DNA of 64,000 bases from an uncultured Nitrososphaerota archaeon (GTDB taxonomy: Archaea > Thermoproteota > Nitrososphaeria > Nitrososphaerales > CADDZS01). The stretch is from positions 32,001-96,000 of the forward strand of contig CAWCYI010000007.1 in NCBI GenBank assembly GCA_963799845.1, written 5' to 3'. Position numbers and translations under genes: made by a program. A model generated the notes under the pieces. The model ran no database searches, had not been told where the DNA came from, and was given only the letters and a program-made list of their open reading frames with translations. This document shows positions 49,978-60,042 of this stretch, in pieces; within the stretch, counting starts at the first letter, position 1, and each line of letters opens with the position of its first letter.

Positions 49978-51245
49978 GAAATATGGCGAACAAAACTCTA
50001 GCGGAAAAGATAATCGGATCGCACACCGCAGAAGGCGAAGTTTCCGCAGGACAGGTTGTAATAGTAAAAGTGGACTACACTTTCACGCATGATGCGGCCG
50101 GTCCTTTGCTAATCAACCAAGTGCAGAAACTCAAGGCCGGATCACTCGACGGGGCAAAAGACCGCACCATATTCTTCATTGACCACGCCGTGCCGAGTCC
50201 CACCAAGGAGCTTTCCAATGACCAGGCCACTGTTCGTAATTTTTCAATGAACAACGGAATGATACTGTCGGATGCGGGAAATGGAATATGCCACCAGGTG
50301 ATGGCTGAAGATTACTCATCCCCGGGCGATCTAATTGTCGGAACTGATTCCCACACCTGTACTTCGGGAGGTCTGGGAGCTTTCGCCACGGGAATGGGAG
50401 CGACCGATATCGCCGTTGCAATGAAACTACGAAAGACCTGGCTTCGAGTACCAGAGTCACTGCGAGTCATTGTAAATGGAACTTTGCCCAGAGGAGTTTT
50501 TGCGAAGGACCTAATTCTGAAAACTCTATTGCTCTTGGGGACCGACGGTGCGACCTACAAATCTATAGAATTCGAAGGATCTGCAATCGATAATTTGGAT
50601 GTCTACGGCAGGCTGACCCTGACAAACATGGCAGTCGAAGCAGGTGCCAAGACGGGAATAATCGCATCAGACGGCAGAACTCTCCAGTACTTGAAAGAGT
50701 TTGACCGGGGCGACAAGTGGAAAGAGCTCAGGGCGGATGAAGGAGCTATCTACGAATCGGAAGTCTCTATCAACGTTAATGATCTCGAACCGCAGATCGC
50801 GCTCCCGAGTTCACCGGACAACGTCAAGCCGATTTCGGAGGTTAAAGATGTCAACGTAAACGAGGTTTTCATTGGGAGCTGTACCAACACAAGAATCGAG
50901 GATATGCGAACGGTTGCTCAAATCTTCAAAAATCGGAAAAAGGCGCGAGGGCTGAAGCTGATTGTTACTCCCTCGTCGCAAAAGGTCTACCTGAGGTGTA
51001 TTCAGGAAGGAATCGTCGAGATCTTGTTGAATGCGGGAGCTCTCGTCACACCCGCGGGCTGCGGTGTGTGTTTTGGAGCATTAGGTGGAATTCCCGCCGA
51101 CAACGATGTAATTTTCTCGAGTTCGAACCGAAACTTTCCTGGTCGAACTGGAAATCCAAAGGCCCAGACATATCTGGGCTCCCCTGCGACAGCCGCCGCA
51201 ACTGCGATAGTTGGCACGATCACTGATCCGAGAGAGTTTGTGTAA
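49974..51245 (+). CDS. hacA: Homoaconitase/isopropylmalate isomerase large subunit
   Basis: DH, GICH, DSHT, GSCTN, CGVC, NRNF; operon context. Confidence 0.85.
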   Translation: MRNMANKTLAEKIIGSHTAEGEVSAGQVVIVKVDYTFTHDAAGPLLINQVQKLKAGSLDGAKDRTIFFIDHAVPSPTKELSNDQATVRNFSMNNGMILSDAGNGICHQVMAEDYSSPGDLIVGTDSHTCTSGGLGAFATGMGATDIAVAMKLRKTWLRVPESLRVIVNGTLPRGVFAKDLILKTLLLLGTDGATYKSIEFEGSAIDNLDVYGRLTLTNMAVEAGAKTGIIASDGRTLQYLKEFDRGDKWKELRADEGAIYESEVSINVNDLEPQIALPSSPDNVKPISEVKDVNVNEVFIGSCTNTRIEDMRTVAQIFKNRKKARGLKLIVTPSSQKVYLRCIQEGIVEILLNAGALVTPAGCGVCFGALGGIPADNDVIFSSSNRNFPGRTGNPKAQTYLGSPATAAATAIVGTITDPREFV

Positions 51246-51262
51246 GAAAGGGTGAATGTGAT

Positions 51263-51757
51263 TTGTCAGGTAAATCTTGGAAATTTGGTGACAATATAAG
51301 CACGGATGAAATTTCGCCAGGCAGATACATGAGTCTCAGATCTAATCTCCCGGAACTTGCCAAACACACTTTGGAAGACGCTCGAAGCGATTTTCCTTCG
51401 GGAGTTAGGCAGGGAGACTTTGTCGTCGCTGGGAAGAATTTTGGAATGGGATCCAGTCGTGAACAGGCCCCGCTAGTTATCAAGATGCTCGGAGTCAAAG
51501 CGGTCATCGCGAATTCATTCGCGAGAATATTTTATCGGAATGCGATCAATATCGGCCTTCCGGCAGTAGTCGTGGATACTTCATTAATAAGCGAAGGGGA
51601 CGTGCTAGACCTTGACCTCTCTGGTGGTCGGATTCTGAACTTGACTAGAAACCAAGAACAGAGTTTTCCCAAGATGTCTAAGACAATGGAAGCTATTTTG
51701 AATGAAGGCGGGTTGCTCACTTACGTAGAGAAATACGGCGATCTTCAACTAGCATGA
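51263..51757 (+). CDS. hacB: Homoaconitase/isopropylmalate isomerase small subunit
   Basis: ISTDEI, NFGMGSSRE, FARIFYRN. Confidence 0.85.
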   Translation: MSGKSWKFGDNISTDEISPGRYMSLRSNLPELAKHTLEDARSDFPSGVRQGDFVVAGKNFGMGSSREQAPLVIKMLGVKAVIANSFARIFYRNAINIGLPAVVVDTSLISEGDVLDLDLSGGRILNLTRNQEQSFPKMSKTMEAILNEGGLLTYVEKYGDLQLA

Positions 51758-52842
51758 ATGGAAAATCGGTAAAACTAGCCGTATTGAAGGGGGACGGGAT
51801 CGGTCCCGAGGTTGTCGAAAGCGCCGTGGACGTACTGCGTGTCGCGGCGGACAGAAATTCTCTATCACTTGAGCTGGTTGATCTTAAGATCGGAATCGAC
51901 GCTTACAAATTATTCGGCAGGACCTTTCCTCCAGAAACGCTGGAACGAATGAAAGAGTGCGACGGTTGGATACTTGGCCCTCTATCAGCCGGATCTTATC
52001 CCAAAGACGACAAGGACTATCCTATGGCTTCTGGAAAAATAAGAAAAGAATTCGACTTGTTTGCAAATATCAGGCCGATAAAATCCCTTGCAAAAAGTCT
52101 GAACAAGAATATAGATCTGGTGATCGTTCGCGAGAACACTGAAGATTTTTACCCCGATCGAAATTTGTACAAGGGGTACGGCGAATTCTGGCCAAATGAA
52201 GATACTGTTCTATCCTTGCGCGTAATAACGCGAAAAGCCTGTGCTCGGATTGCAGAGACGGCATTCCGTCTGGCGTCGTCGAGATCAGAAAAAAAACTCG
52301 TTACCGCAGTTCACAAGTCGAACGTTCTGATCGAGGGAGACGGACTATTTCTTGAAGAGGTAAGAAAAGTTGCTGGAGACTTTCCTGATATCCGTTTGAA
52401 CGATGGTCTGGTTGACTCCATTGCGATGCAGCTCGTGACCTCTCCGCAAAGGTTCGACATCATCGTTACGACTAACTTGTTTGGCGACATATTGTCGGAT
52501 GTCGCTGCTGGGATGGTTGGGGGCCTTGGTCTTGCTCCCTCTTTGAACTCTGGCGAGAAATATGCCATGGCGCAGGCCGTCCACGGGAGCGCGCCTGATA
52601 TTGCTGGAAAGGGAATCGCGAACCCAGCAGCGGAGATCCTTTCTACCGCGATGTTGCTCAGGTGGCTTCATTCAAAATCTGGTAACGAGTCTGCTCGAAA
52701 AGCGGCGTTGGATATCGAAAAGGCGACATTCGAAGTGCTCTCCTCGACTGATAATGCAGCAGTTACCATCGACCTTGGCGGCGATGCCAGCACGAAAAAG
52801 TTCACGAACGAGATAATCGAGACGATAGAGAAAGTTAACTGA
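51754..52842 (+). CDS. Homoisocitrate (beta-decarboxylating) dehydrogenase
   Basis: GDGIGPE, RENTE, HKSN, NLFGDILSD, VHGSAPDIAG; last gene of the operon. Confidence 0.85.
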   Translation: MNGKSVKLAVLKGDGIGPEVVESAVDVLRVAADRNSLSLELVDLKIGIDAYKLFGRTFPPETLERMKECDGWILGPLSAGSYPKDDKDYPMASGKIRKEFDLFANIRPIKSLAKSLNKNIDLVIVRENTEDFYPDRNLYKGYGEFWPNEDTVLSLRVITRKACARIAETAFRLASSRSEKKLVTAVHKSNVLIEGDGLFLEEVRKVAGDFPDIRLNDGLVDSIAMQLVTSPQRFDIIVTTNLFGDILSDVAAGMVGGLGLAPSLNSGEKYAMAQAVHGSAPDIAGKGIANPAAEILSTAMLLRWLHSKSGNESARKAALDIEKATFEVLSSTDNAAVTIDLGGDASTKKFTNEIIETIEKVN

Positions 52843-52890
52843 TCAATAGTTTCGAAAAAAAATTGAACCATTCGAGATTTGAAAACTAGC

Positions 52891-53056
52891 TTGCAAGAAA
52901 CGTCTTCTTCTGGAAAAGCACAGTCAACCAAGAAAAAGCCCATCTACTGTCCGATGTGTAACAGCGAGATGACTTACTTACAGACCTGTCACGTTCGATG
53001 TGAAATCTGCCGGGTGTGAGCTTTCTTGTGAGGACAAGGATTGGTTCTGGGGCTGA
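52891..53056 (+). CDS. Small Zn-finger protein (one extra base near 53011)
   Basis: Not in track: ...KPIYCPMCNSEMTYLQTCHVRCEICGCELSCEDKDWFWG after removing one C. Confidence 0.65.
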
Positions 53057-53162
53057 TCGGATCCCGAGGTACTCTTAGACAGAGTCGTATTCGGCCTCTG
53101 GATGCCGGCCTCAGCGGAATTTATAAGCGAAAGTGAGAACGAGAAAAAATTAGTAAGTTTTT

Positions 53163-54539
53163 TTGGCTACGACAACCAGAAAGTTCTTCGGTACTAACGG
53201 TATCAGAGGGATACCTGGAAAAGATTTAAGCTTAGAGTTCATCGCCGAGATGTCCCAATCCATAGGGACTTTCTTTGGAGTTTCGAAACCGATAATGGTC
53301 GGGAATGATTTTAGAAATTCCTCCCCCGCGCTGGCTGACAGCGTAGTTTCAGGTCTCCTGTCTGCCGGGAATAACACGAATTCCGCAGGTCCTGCCCCGA
53401 CCCCCGCACACCAGTTTGGCGTTAGAACACTTGGATACGGCGGTGGAATCATTGTAACGGCCTCTCATAATCCCGCGCAGTACAACGGAATCAAACTTGT
53501 CGGATCCGATGGGGTGGAAGTAAAAAGAAGCGACGAAGCTGCGGTCGAGTCAATTTATCTAGAAAAGAGAGCAAACCGTCCCGACTGGCAATCGGTTGGT
53601 AGAGCAGGCAAGGAGACAAGAGTCGTCGAGAATTACATTTCAGGGATAATGTCCCAGGTAAACGTCGCCAGGATTTCGGAGAGAAAATTTACTGTCGTTC
53701 TCGATATTGGTAACGGAGCTCAGGCAGTAGCAGCGCCCTATTTGTGCGAGCGACTCGGCTGTAAAGTAATTACGGTTAACGGACAACCGGACGGTAACTT
53801 TCCCGGACGGGGGCCTGAACCGACTCCTGCAGTTTTGAAGGACATGTGCGAGGCTGTAAAATCCTACCATGCAGATTTCGGAGTCGCCTACGACGGTGAT
53901 GGGGACAGAAGCTTGTTCTGCGACGAGAACGGAGAAATCTACTGGGGAGATAGAACTGGCTCGATGCTCGCTGACTATTTGCTTTCAAAACATCGAGGAG
54001 GCCCGGTGGTCACGACGGTAAGCACATCTTCCTTGGTAGGATTGGTCGCAGCGAATCACGGCGCCCGTGCAATCTGGACTACCGTCGGAAGCGTTGACGT
54101 ATCGCGAGCAATGATTGACAATAATGCTCCACTTGGTCTCGAGGAAAATGGAGGATTTTTCTATGGGCCTCACATTCCTGTGAGGGACGGAGCAATGACA
54201 ACCGCGATCGTCTTGGAAACTCTTGCGGCAAAGAAAGTTAGTTTCTTTCAAGCAATCTCCAAGTTGAAAGTATTCTATCAGAAGAAATCAAAGTTCGAAT
54301 GCCCTAAAGACAAGAGACAAAACGTCATGAAAATCTTGGAGAATAATACTAAGGGAAGAAAAGTTGATCGAACTGACGGTTTGAAGATCTGGACCGATGA
54401 TAACAGTTGGATACTGTTAAGACCAAGCGGGACTGAGCCGATCATCAGGATATATTCGGAATCGGACAGCGAGGAAAAGCTTGAGAAAATGTACGAAGAG
54501 TACGAGCGCGCGCTCAAAGAAGCAATAGAATCAAGCTAA
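53163..54539 (+). CDS. glmM: Phosphoglucosamine mutase / phosphohexomutase
   Basis: FGTNGIRG, TASHNP, DGDGDR, EENGG, RPSGTEP. Confidence 0.85.
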   Translation: MATTTRKFFGTNGIRGIPGKDLSLEFIAEMSQSIGTFFGVSKPIMVGNDFRNSSPALADSVVSGLLSAGNNTNSAGPAPTPAHQFGVRTLGYGGGIIVTASHNPAQYNGIKLVGSDGVEVKRSDEAAVESIYLEKRANRPDWQSVGRAGKETRVVENYISGIMSQVNVARISERKFTVVLDIGNGAQAVAAPYLCERLGCKVITVNGQPDGNFPGRGPEPTPAVLKDMCEAVKSYHADFGVAYDGDGDRSLFCDENGEIYWGDRTGSMLADYLLSKHRGGPVVTTVSTSSLVGLVAANHGARAIWTTVGSVDVSRAMIDNNAPLGLEENGGFFYGPHIPVRDGAMTTAIVLETLAAKKVSFFQAISKLKVFYQKKSKFECPKDKRQNVMKILENNTKGRKVDRTDGLKIWTDDNSWILLRPSGTEPIIRIYSESDSEEKLEKMYEEYERALKEAIESS

Positions 54540-55522
54540 TTTTCAGACTTGAAGTGTAGCCAGCCTCTTCTCGCGATCAGCTTATCTTCGAAGCGTACTT
54601 GGAAACGTTTGCCCCGGCTCTCCTTCACGACGCCAATCGTCGAAATTCCGAATTTCGCCACATCCGGCTCATGTTCGGGACTGTATGTGCATACCAATTC
54701 GTACTCTTCCCCACCGAAAAGGACCAGTTCGGAATCGACAAGGCCATTTTCCGTCGCGAATTCGCTAACACCCGAGTGCATCGGCAAGTCGTTCAAATCA
54801 AAGCATACTTTGCTCGATTCAGCTAAATGATAGAGAGAAATGGCCAGTCCGTCTGACGAATCTATGCAGCTCGAAAGATAGCGTGATACTCTCAGACCGA
54901 CATCGAGTCTTGCGTTTGGCTCGAGAACGGATTTGATAGCAGTTTCGGAAAACGATTGATCCGATGATTTCGCCTTGTTCAACAGAAGCAAAAGACCGGC
55001 ATGCTGGATTCCAAATTTACCGCTGACCCCAATTAGATCCCCCGGTCTTGCTCCCCTGCGTAGAACCAGCGAATTCGCAAAGCCGAATATTGAGCAATCT
55101 ATTACTGGATCTCGACTTGTAGCATTGGTGTCGCCCCCAACTATCCTTAGCTTATACTCAGATTCAGCTGATGCAAAGCCCTTCGCTAGGTCAAGGACAT
55201 ATTTTCTTGTAGCGAGCTCTCTTGGAAGGCCCAGCGATATAAGGCAGTACTCAGGCTTGACTCCTTTCGCTGCAAGATCGCTGACACAGGCTACTATCGA
55301 CTTTCTTGCTATTTGCGCGGGTGTCATTTGGACCGGCGCATCGGTAGTCGCGACCAGCATGTCCGCTTTTCCGACAACGAATTTCTTTTTTGAATTTGGA
55401 ACCCAAGCCGCATCGTCATCAAAAGGATCGTTTGCGCTTTTCTTTCCGAACCTGCCCCAGAGTAATTTTATGATTGATTCTTCATCAAGGGGTGCGTCCT
55501 CGTTCAAGACTGATCTACTCAA
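54536..55522 (-). CDS. thiL: Thiamine-monophosphate kinase
   Basis: DDAA, SDLAAKG, GGDT, DSSDGL, GGEEYEL. Confidence 0.93.
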   Translation of the reverse strand: MSRSVLNEDAPLDEESIIKLLWGRFGKKSANDPFDDDAAWVPNSKKKFVVGKADMLVATTDAPVQMTPAQIARKSIVACVSDLAAKGVKPEYCLISLGLPRELATRKYVLDLAKGFASAESEYKLRIVGGDTNATSRDPVIDCSIFGFANSLVLRRGARPGDLIGVSGKFGIQHAGLLLLLNKAKSSDQSFSETAIKSVLEPNARLDVGLRVSRYLSSCIDSSDGLAISLYHLAESSKVCFDLNDLPMHSGVSEFATENGLVDSELVLFGGEEYELVCTYSPEHEPDVAKFGISTIGVVKESRGKRFQVRFEDKLIARRGWLHFKSEN

Positions 55523-55525
55523 AAT

Positions 55526-56851
55526 CTAACTGGATTTCAGAACGTCAACGGCAATTTCATTTATCTTGCGGATATAGTCCTTGACAAGTTCTTGGGATCT
55601 TTCAGGGCTCTTCGCCTCGGCAGAGACTCGCAGAACGTTTTCTGTGTTGGACCCACGGATGAGCACCCAGGACCTGTCGCTCATTCGAACCTTCACGCCG
55701 TCCGTCAAGTCCGGTTCACTTTCCGTTTTGGCCAGCACAGCGAGAATTTGTGGAGCGAGACTCATATCAATTTCAACCCTGCCCCGATCCTGATAATAAT
55801 CAGTAAACTGTGAGAGAAGATCAGAAAGAGAGCCTCCAGACTGAATGAGTTTCAGAATCATCGTGGACGCATAAACGCCATCCCGGCAAAGGACGAATGA
55901 AGGCTCAATGTATCCTCCCGAGCTTCCCTCTCCACCGGCACCGCAGTTATTCTCGATTATTTTTCGAACTACGTTGGGCTCGCCAACCTTCGAATAGATG
56001 ATCTTGCCATTGTACTCCCGGACCAAGTCTTCGGCCGCCAGCGACGTGTCAACGCTAACTGCCACCTGTCTATTCCGAGTGTTCTCTAAGAAGTAACGAA
56101 GACAGATCAGCAGAGTCACATCCCCCGTGAGTTTTTTTCCTTTTTGACTTACAATTACGAGTCGGTCGGCATCGCAATCGTATGCAAAACCCACGTCGCA
56201 ATCTGCTGAAGTCACAAGATTTGACAAAGCGATCAACGGATCGACGGTCGGATCTATGATCCTAGGAAATATCCCAGGCGTCCCGTGCAAAGAATGAACG
56301 ACGCAGCCCTGATAGGAAATTATTTGAGGAATGAAGAGAGAACCGACACCGCCGGCCAAGTCAAGCGCAACCTTGACGCCCTTTGCAGAGTCTTTTCCAG
56401 CCTTGTTTCTAAGAATCTCAACATACGACGACCGATTCGGAAAAGATCTGCCAAAATGTTGAGAACTGGTGATTGGAGATCTTCGAATGGATTCGAGTTC
56501 CGGCTCGAAGATGCCACGGCCAGGACGAATTACAAATTTTATTCCATTCCACGCAGGTGGATTGTGGGACGCGGTTACAATAACTCCGCCGTCGAGTCCT
56601 CTGACTGCGACTTCTTTGAACACGCTCGGGGTAGACGAGTACCCGAGGTCGAAAACGGTACATCCAGTTTGAACCAGCCCGGAAATCATAGCTGATTTCA
56701 GTGTGAGGGAAGTTTTTCGAGTGTCGGCAGCGATAGCGACGGTTCCTCCTTTAATGTAGTTTCCAAACTTAAGCGCGTAGTGAGTCGTGGAAACTTCGTC
56801 AAGATCCTGATTCACAATTCCGCGAATTCCAGAGACCGAAACGATTGCCAG
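55526..56851 (-). CDS. Second phosphomannomutase/phosphoglucomutase
   Basis: TASHNP, DCDADR, GEGSSGG, RGSNTE. Conserved SVSGIRG lies upstream of the track start, so the gene is extended to CTG 56851. Confidence 0.88.
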   Translation of the reverse strand: MAIVSVSGIRGIVNQDLDEVSTTHYALKFGNYIKGGTVAIAADTRKTSLTLKSAMISGLVQTGCTVFDLGYSSTPSVFKEVAVRGLDGGVIVTASHNPPAWNGIKFVIRPGRGIFEPELESIRRSPITSSQHFGRSFPNRSSYVEILRNKAGKDSAKGVKVALDLAGGVGSLFIPQIISYQGCVVHSLHGTPGIFPRIIDPTVDPLIALSNLVTSADCDVGFAYDCDADRLVIVSQKGKKLTGDVTLLICLRYFLENTRNRQVAVSVDTSLAAEDLVREYNGKIIYSKVGEPNVVRKIIENNCGAGGEGSSGGYIEPSFVLCRDGVYASTMILKLIQSGGSLSDLLSQFTDYYQDRGRVEIDMSLAPQILAVLAKTESEPDLTDGVKVRMSDRSWVLIRGSNTENVLRVSAEAKSPERSQELVKDYIRKINEIAVDVLKSS

Positions 56852-56959
56852 ATCGCATGCACCTAAAAATTAGTAAGTAAACAAATTGCTTCAGGACAAG
56901 AGATATTAAATAATCTTGGGAGAGTGCCTCTTAGAAAACTGATCAGCAACCAGAACTTT

Positions 56960-57072
56960 GCCCTGGTAGCTCAGCCTGGTCAGAGCGATTGCCTCGTAAG
57001 CGAACTGATTTCAACCTGATCAGAGTGTGCAGAGAAAGCAATAGGTCACGGGCTCGAATCCCGTCCAGGGCT
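56960..57072 (+). tRNA. tRNA-Thr(CGT) with 38-nt intron at 37/38 (56999-57036)
   Basis: GCCCTGG/CCAGGGC acceptor stem, ATTGC/GCAAT anticodon stem, CGT at 56995-56997, T arm ACGGG-CTCGAAT-CCCGT. Confidence 0.92.
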
Positions 57073-57205
57073 CCCTATAACATCGCATGATTCCTTCTCT
57101 CGATATCTGAACCGACTTGCAGGGCATATGATTAGAATCGAACTAGCCAGTAGCCAGTCATAATAGGTGAAAGACTTTTGTAATTAATTTCCTCGGCGAG
57201 TTGCA

Positions 57206-57508
57206 ATGCCACTAAAGATTGAAGGTTTGGATGTTCCAGACAATATGGTAAGAAGCTTGACAGCTTTCGCTGGTGGGGGTGTTTTCTTTGATGCCGAAGC
57301 GCTTACAGAGAATGACCGTACTATATTGAATAAGCACTTGGGTAATTTGCATAAAGGCGATGTTGTCAAACTCGATGGATATTCAACAGATGAGCACGCT
57401 CCACTGAATGGAGCTTTTCGAGTGGACAAGATTGACCTAAGAGAAATACATCTTCCGGGCACAACTCGAAAGAAGCTTCACTGCGCTATTACATTTCATC
57501 TTGCATAG
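57206..57508 (+). CDS. Hypothetical protein
   Basis: 100-codon ATG ORF with AT-rich promoter-like sequence just upstream. Confidence 0.55.
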   Translation: MPLKIEGLDVPDNMVRSLTAFAGGGVFFDAEALTENDRTILNKHLGNLHKGDVVKLDGYSTDEHAPLNGAFRVDKIDLREIHLPGTTRKKLHCAITFHLA

Positions 57509-57654
57509 TCAATTCGCTTCAACCACAATGTATCTCAAAAGCTAGGACCGAATCAGTCACACGTAGCGCAGTGACGGAGAAATCATTCCAATAATCTAGG
57601 AAAAGTGTTCCTGAATGCTAAAATACTGATGTCTCGTCCGCCACACCAGGTTAA

Positions 57655-58532
<878 letters not shown>

Positions 58533-58561
58533 CCAAAGTTTAATCGTTCTCTGTACTTTAG

Positions 58562-58596
58562 GGCGATGACCTCCCTAACTTGGGGAGTCATTCGCC
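58562..58596. terminator. GC-rich hairpin between convergent genes
   Basis: GGCGA-TGAC-CTCCC / GGGAG-TCA-TTCGCC stem. Confidence 0.5.
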
Positions 58597-58707
58597 AGCT
58601 TATTTGATTTCTCATATTACCAGGAATCGAGTGGGTGAGGGAATACTAATTTCGGGGATCAGGAGTTTCGAGTGAGTGAGCCAAAGTCTGTTCACTGCCC
58701 CCAGTTT

Positions 58708-58809
58708 TTACGACCTGTTTGTTCGTTTCTTAGGTCTTCTGATGTCGCCATGAATCGCGCGGCGATGGGCCTTCTTCAAACGTCGTTGTTCTGTTTTCTT
58801 TCTTGCCAT
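58708..58809 (-). CDS. 33-aa Lys/Arg-rich microprotein
   Basis: Not in track: MARKKTEQRRLKKAHRRAIHGDIRRPKKRTNRS*; downstream of bcp on the same strand. Confidence 0.6.
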   Translation of the reverse strand: MARKKTEQRRLKKAHRRAIHGDIRRPKKRTNRS

Positions 58810-58864
58810 TATTAAAATCGAATCTTCTGCGCGCGAAGATGTCTAAAGGATTGCTGATTCATTA

Positions 58865-59344
58865 CTACAGGCTGGAGAGAATCTCGTCTGTATGTCCATC
58901 GACCTTGACGCGCCTAAAGATCTTTTTTATTTTGCCTTCCTTGTCGATGATGAACGTTGATCTCTCTATTCCCCAATAGTCCTTCCCGTAGTTATTCTTG
59001 AGCTTGTAAACGCCGTATTCGTCCGAGACCTTGTGTTCCGGATCGGAAAGGAGTGGGAAATTCAACTCGTACTTCGTCCTGAATTTCGCGTGAGAATCGA
59101 GATCATCTGTACTCACTCCCAAAATTTGAACACCCTTTTTCGTGAAATGTGGAAATGTGTCTCTGAACGAGCAAGCCTCTTTTGTGCAACCCGGAGTATC
59201 ATCTCTGGGGTAAAAATAGAGAACCACCGCTTTCTTTCCTTTGAATTCGGATAAGGAGTAGGTGTTGCCGTCATCCGATTTGAGATGAAAATCTGGAGCT
59301 TTTGCTCCTTCTTCTAATTCTTTGTTATTTGAGGACACAATCAA
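58865..59344 (-). CDS. bcp: Thioredoxin-dependent peroxiredoxin BCP
   Basis: YFYPRDDTPGCTKEAC, RSTFII. Confidence 0.95.
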   Translation of the reverse strand: MIVSSNNKELEEGAKAPDFHLKSDDGNTYSLSEFKGKKAVVLYFYPRDDTPGCTKEACSFRDTFPHFTKKGVQILGVSTDDLDSHAKFRTKYELNFPLLSDPEHKVSDEYGVYKLKNNYGKDYWGIERSTFIIDKEGKIKKIFRRVKVDGHTDEILSSL

Positions 59345-59426
59345 AGTTTGGGATTCTCCCTCTTATTGAATTTGCTCTTTATGCAAGAAAGCTTAAGATA
59401 CTGAATCGAACCGGTTGTTGCCAATC

Positions 59427-59597
59427 GCGGGGGTCGCCCAGCCTGGTCAAAGGCGCAGGTGGTTTGCATTTTCGAAAACAATTTGCAGACCTGCGACACT
59501 GAGGATAATTGCTGAATTCTAAACGTTGAATTCCAGCATTGGAGCAGAACTCCTGTCCCTTAGGGGTTCGTGGGTTCAAATCCCACCTCCCGCACCA
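59427..59597 (+). tRNA. tRNA-Leu(GAG) with two introns (59460-59497 at 30/31; 59505-59549 at 37/38), encoded CCA
   Basis: GCGGGGG/CTCCCGC acceptor stem, long variable arm, GTTCAAATC. The spliced anticodon arm reads CAGGA-CTGAGGC-TCCTG. Confidence 0.88.
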
Positions 59598-60042
59598 CCT
59601 CATAATATCGACAACGATAACCTTGCCAATGTACAGAGTGTATTACAAGTGTATGACAATCCCCTAGTGCCTCCAAGTGAGGTTCACTATGAGAAACGTG
59701 AATATCGATTGGGATCGCCATCAAGATCGAAGGAGAATAATTCGAACCTTTTTATCCCAAGGACTAAATGCGATTCAATGGTTCAGACTCGTCAAGCGTG
59801 GATATGAATGAGATGCTATTTCTCAGTTGTGTAATCAGGCTTCTTTTCTCATATCCCGTCGTATGACAGGAAGGCATGTTGGATTGTGTAGCAAGGATAT
59901 CTTTTCACTTTCGTAAAGAAGCTGAATGAAAATTGTCTGTTACACTTGTGGAGAACAAAATGAGATTGTCATCGATTTCGGCTATTCTCATCTTCTATGA
60001 TTAGTGGTTCGATTTATAAGAGCTGAAAACAGCAAGCGTCAC

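Noticed and set aside
59302-59807. ORFs overlapping tRNA-Leu
   Set aside because: Artefacts of the tRNA sequence
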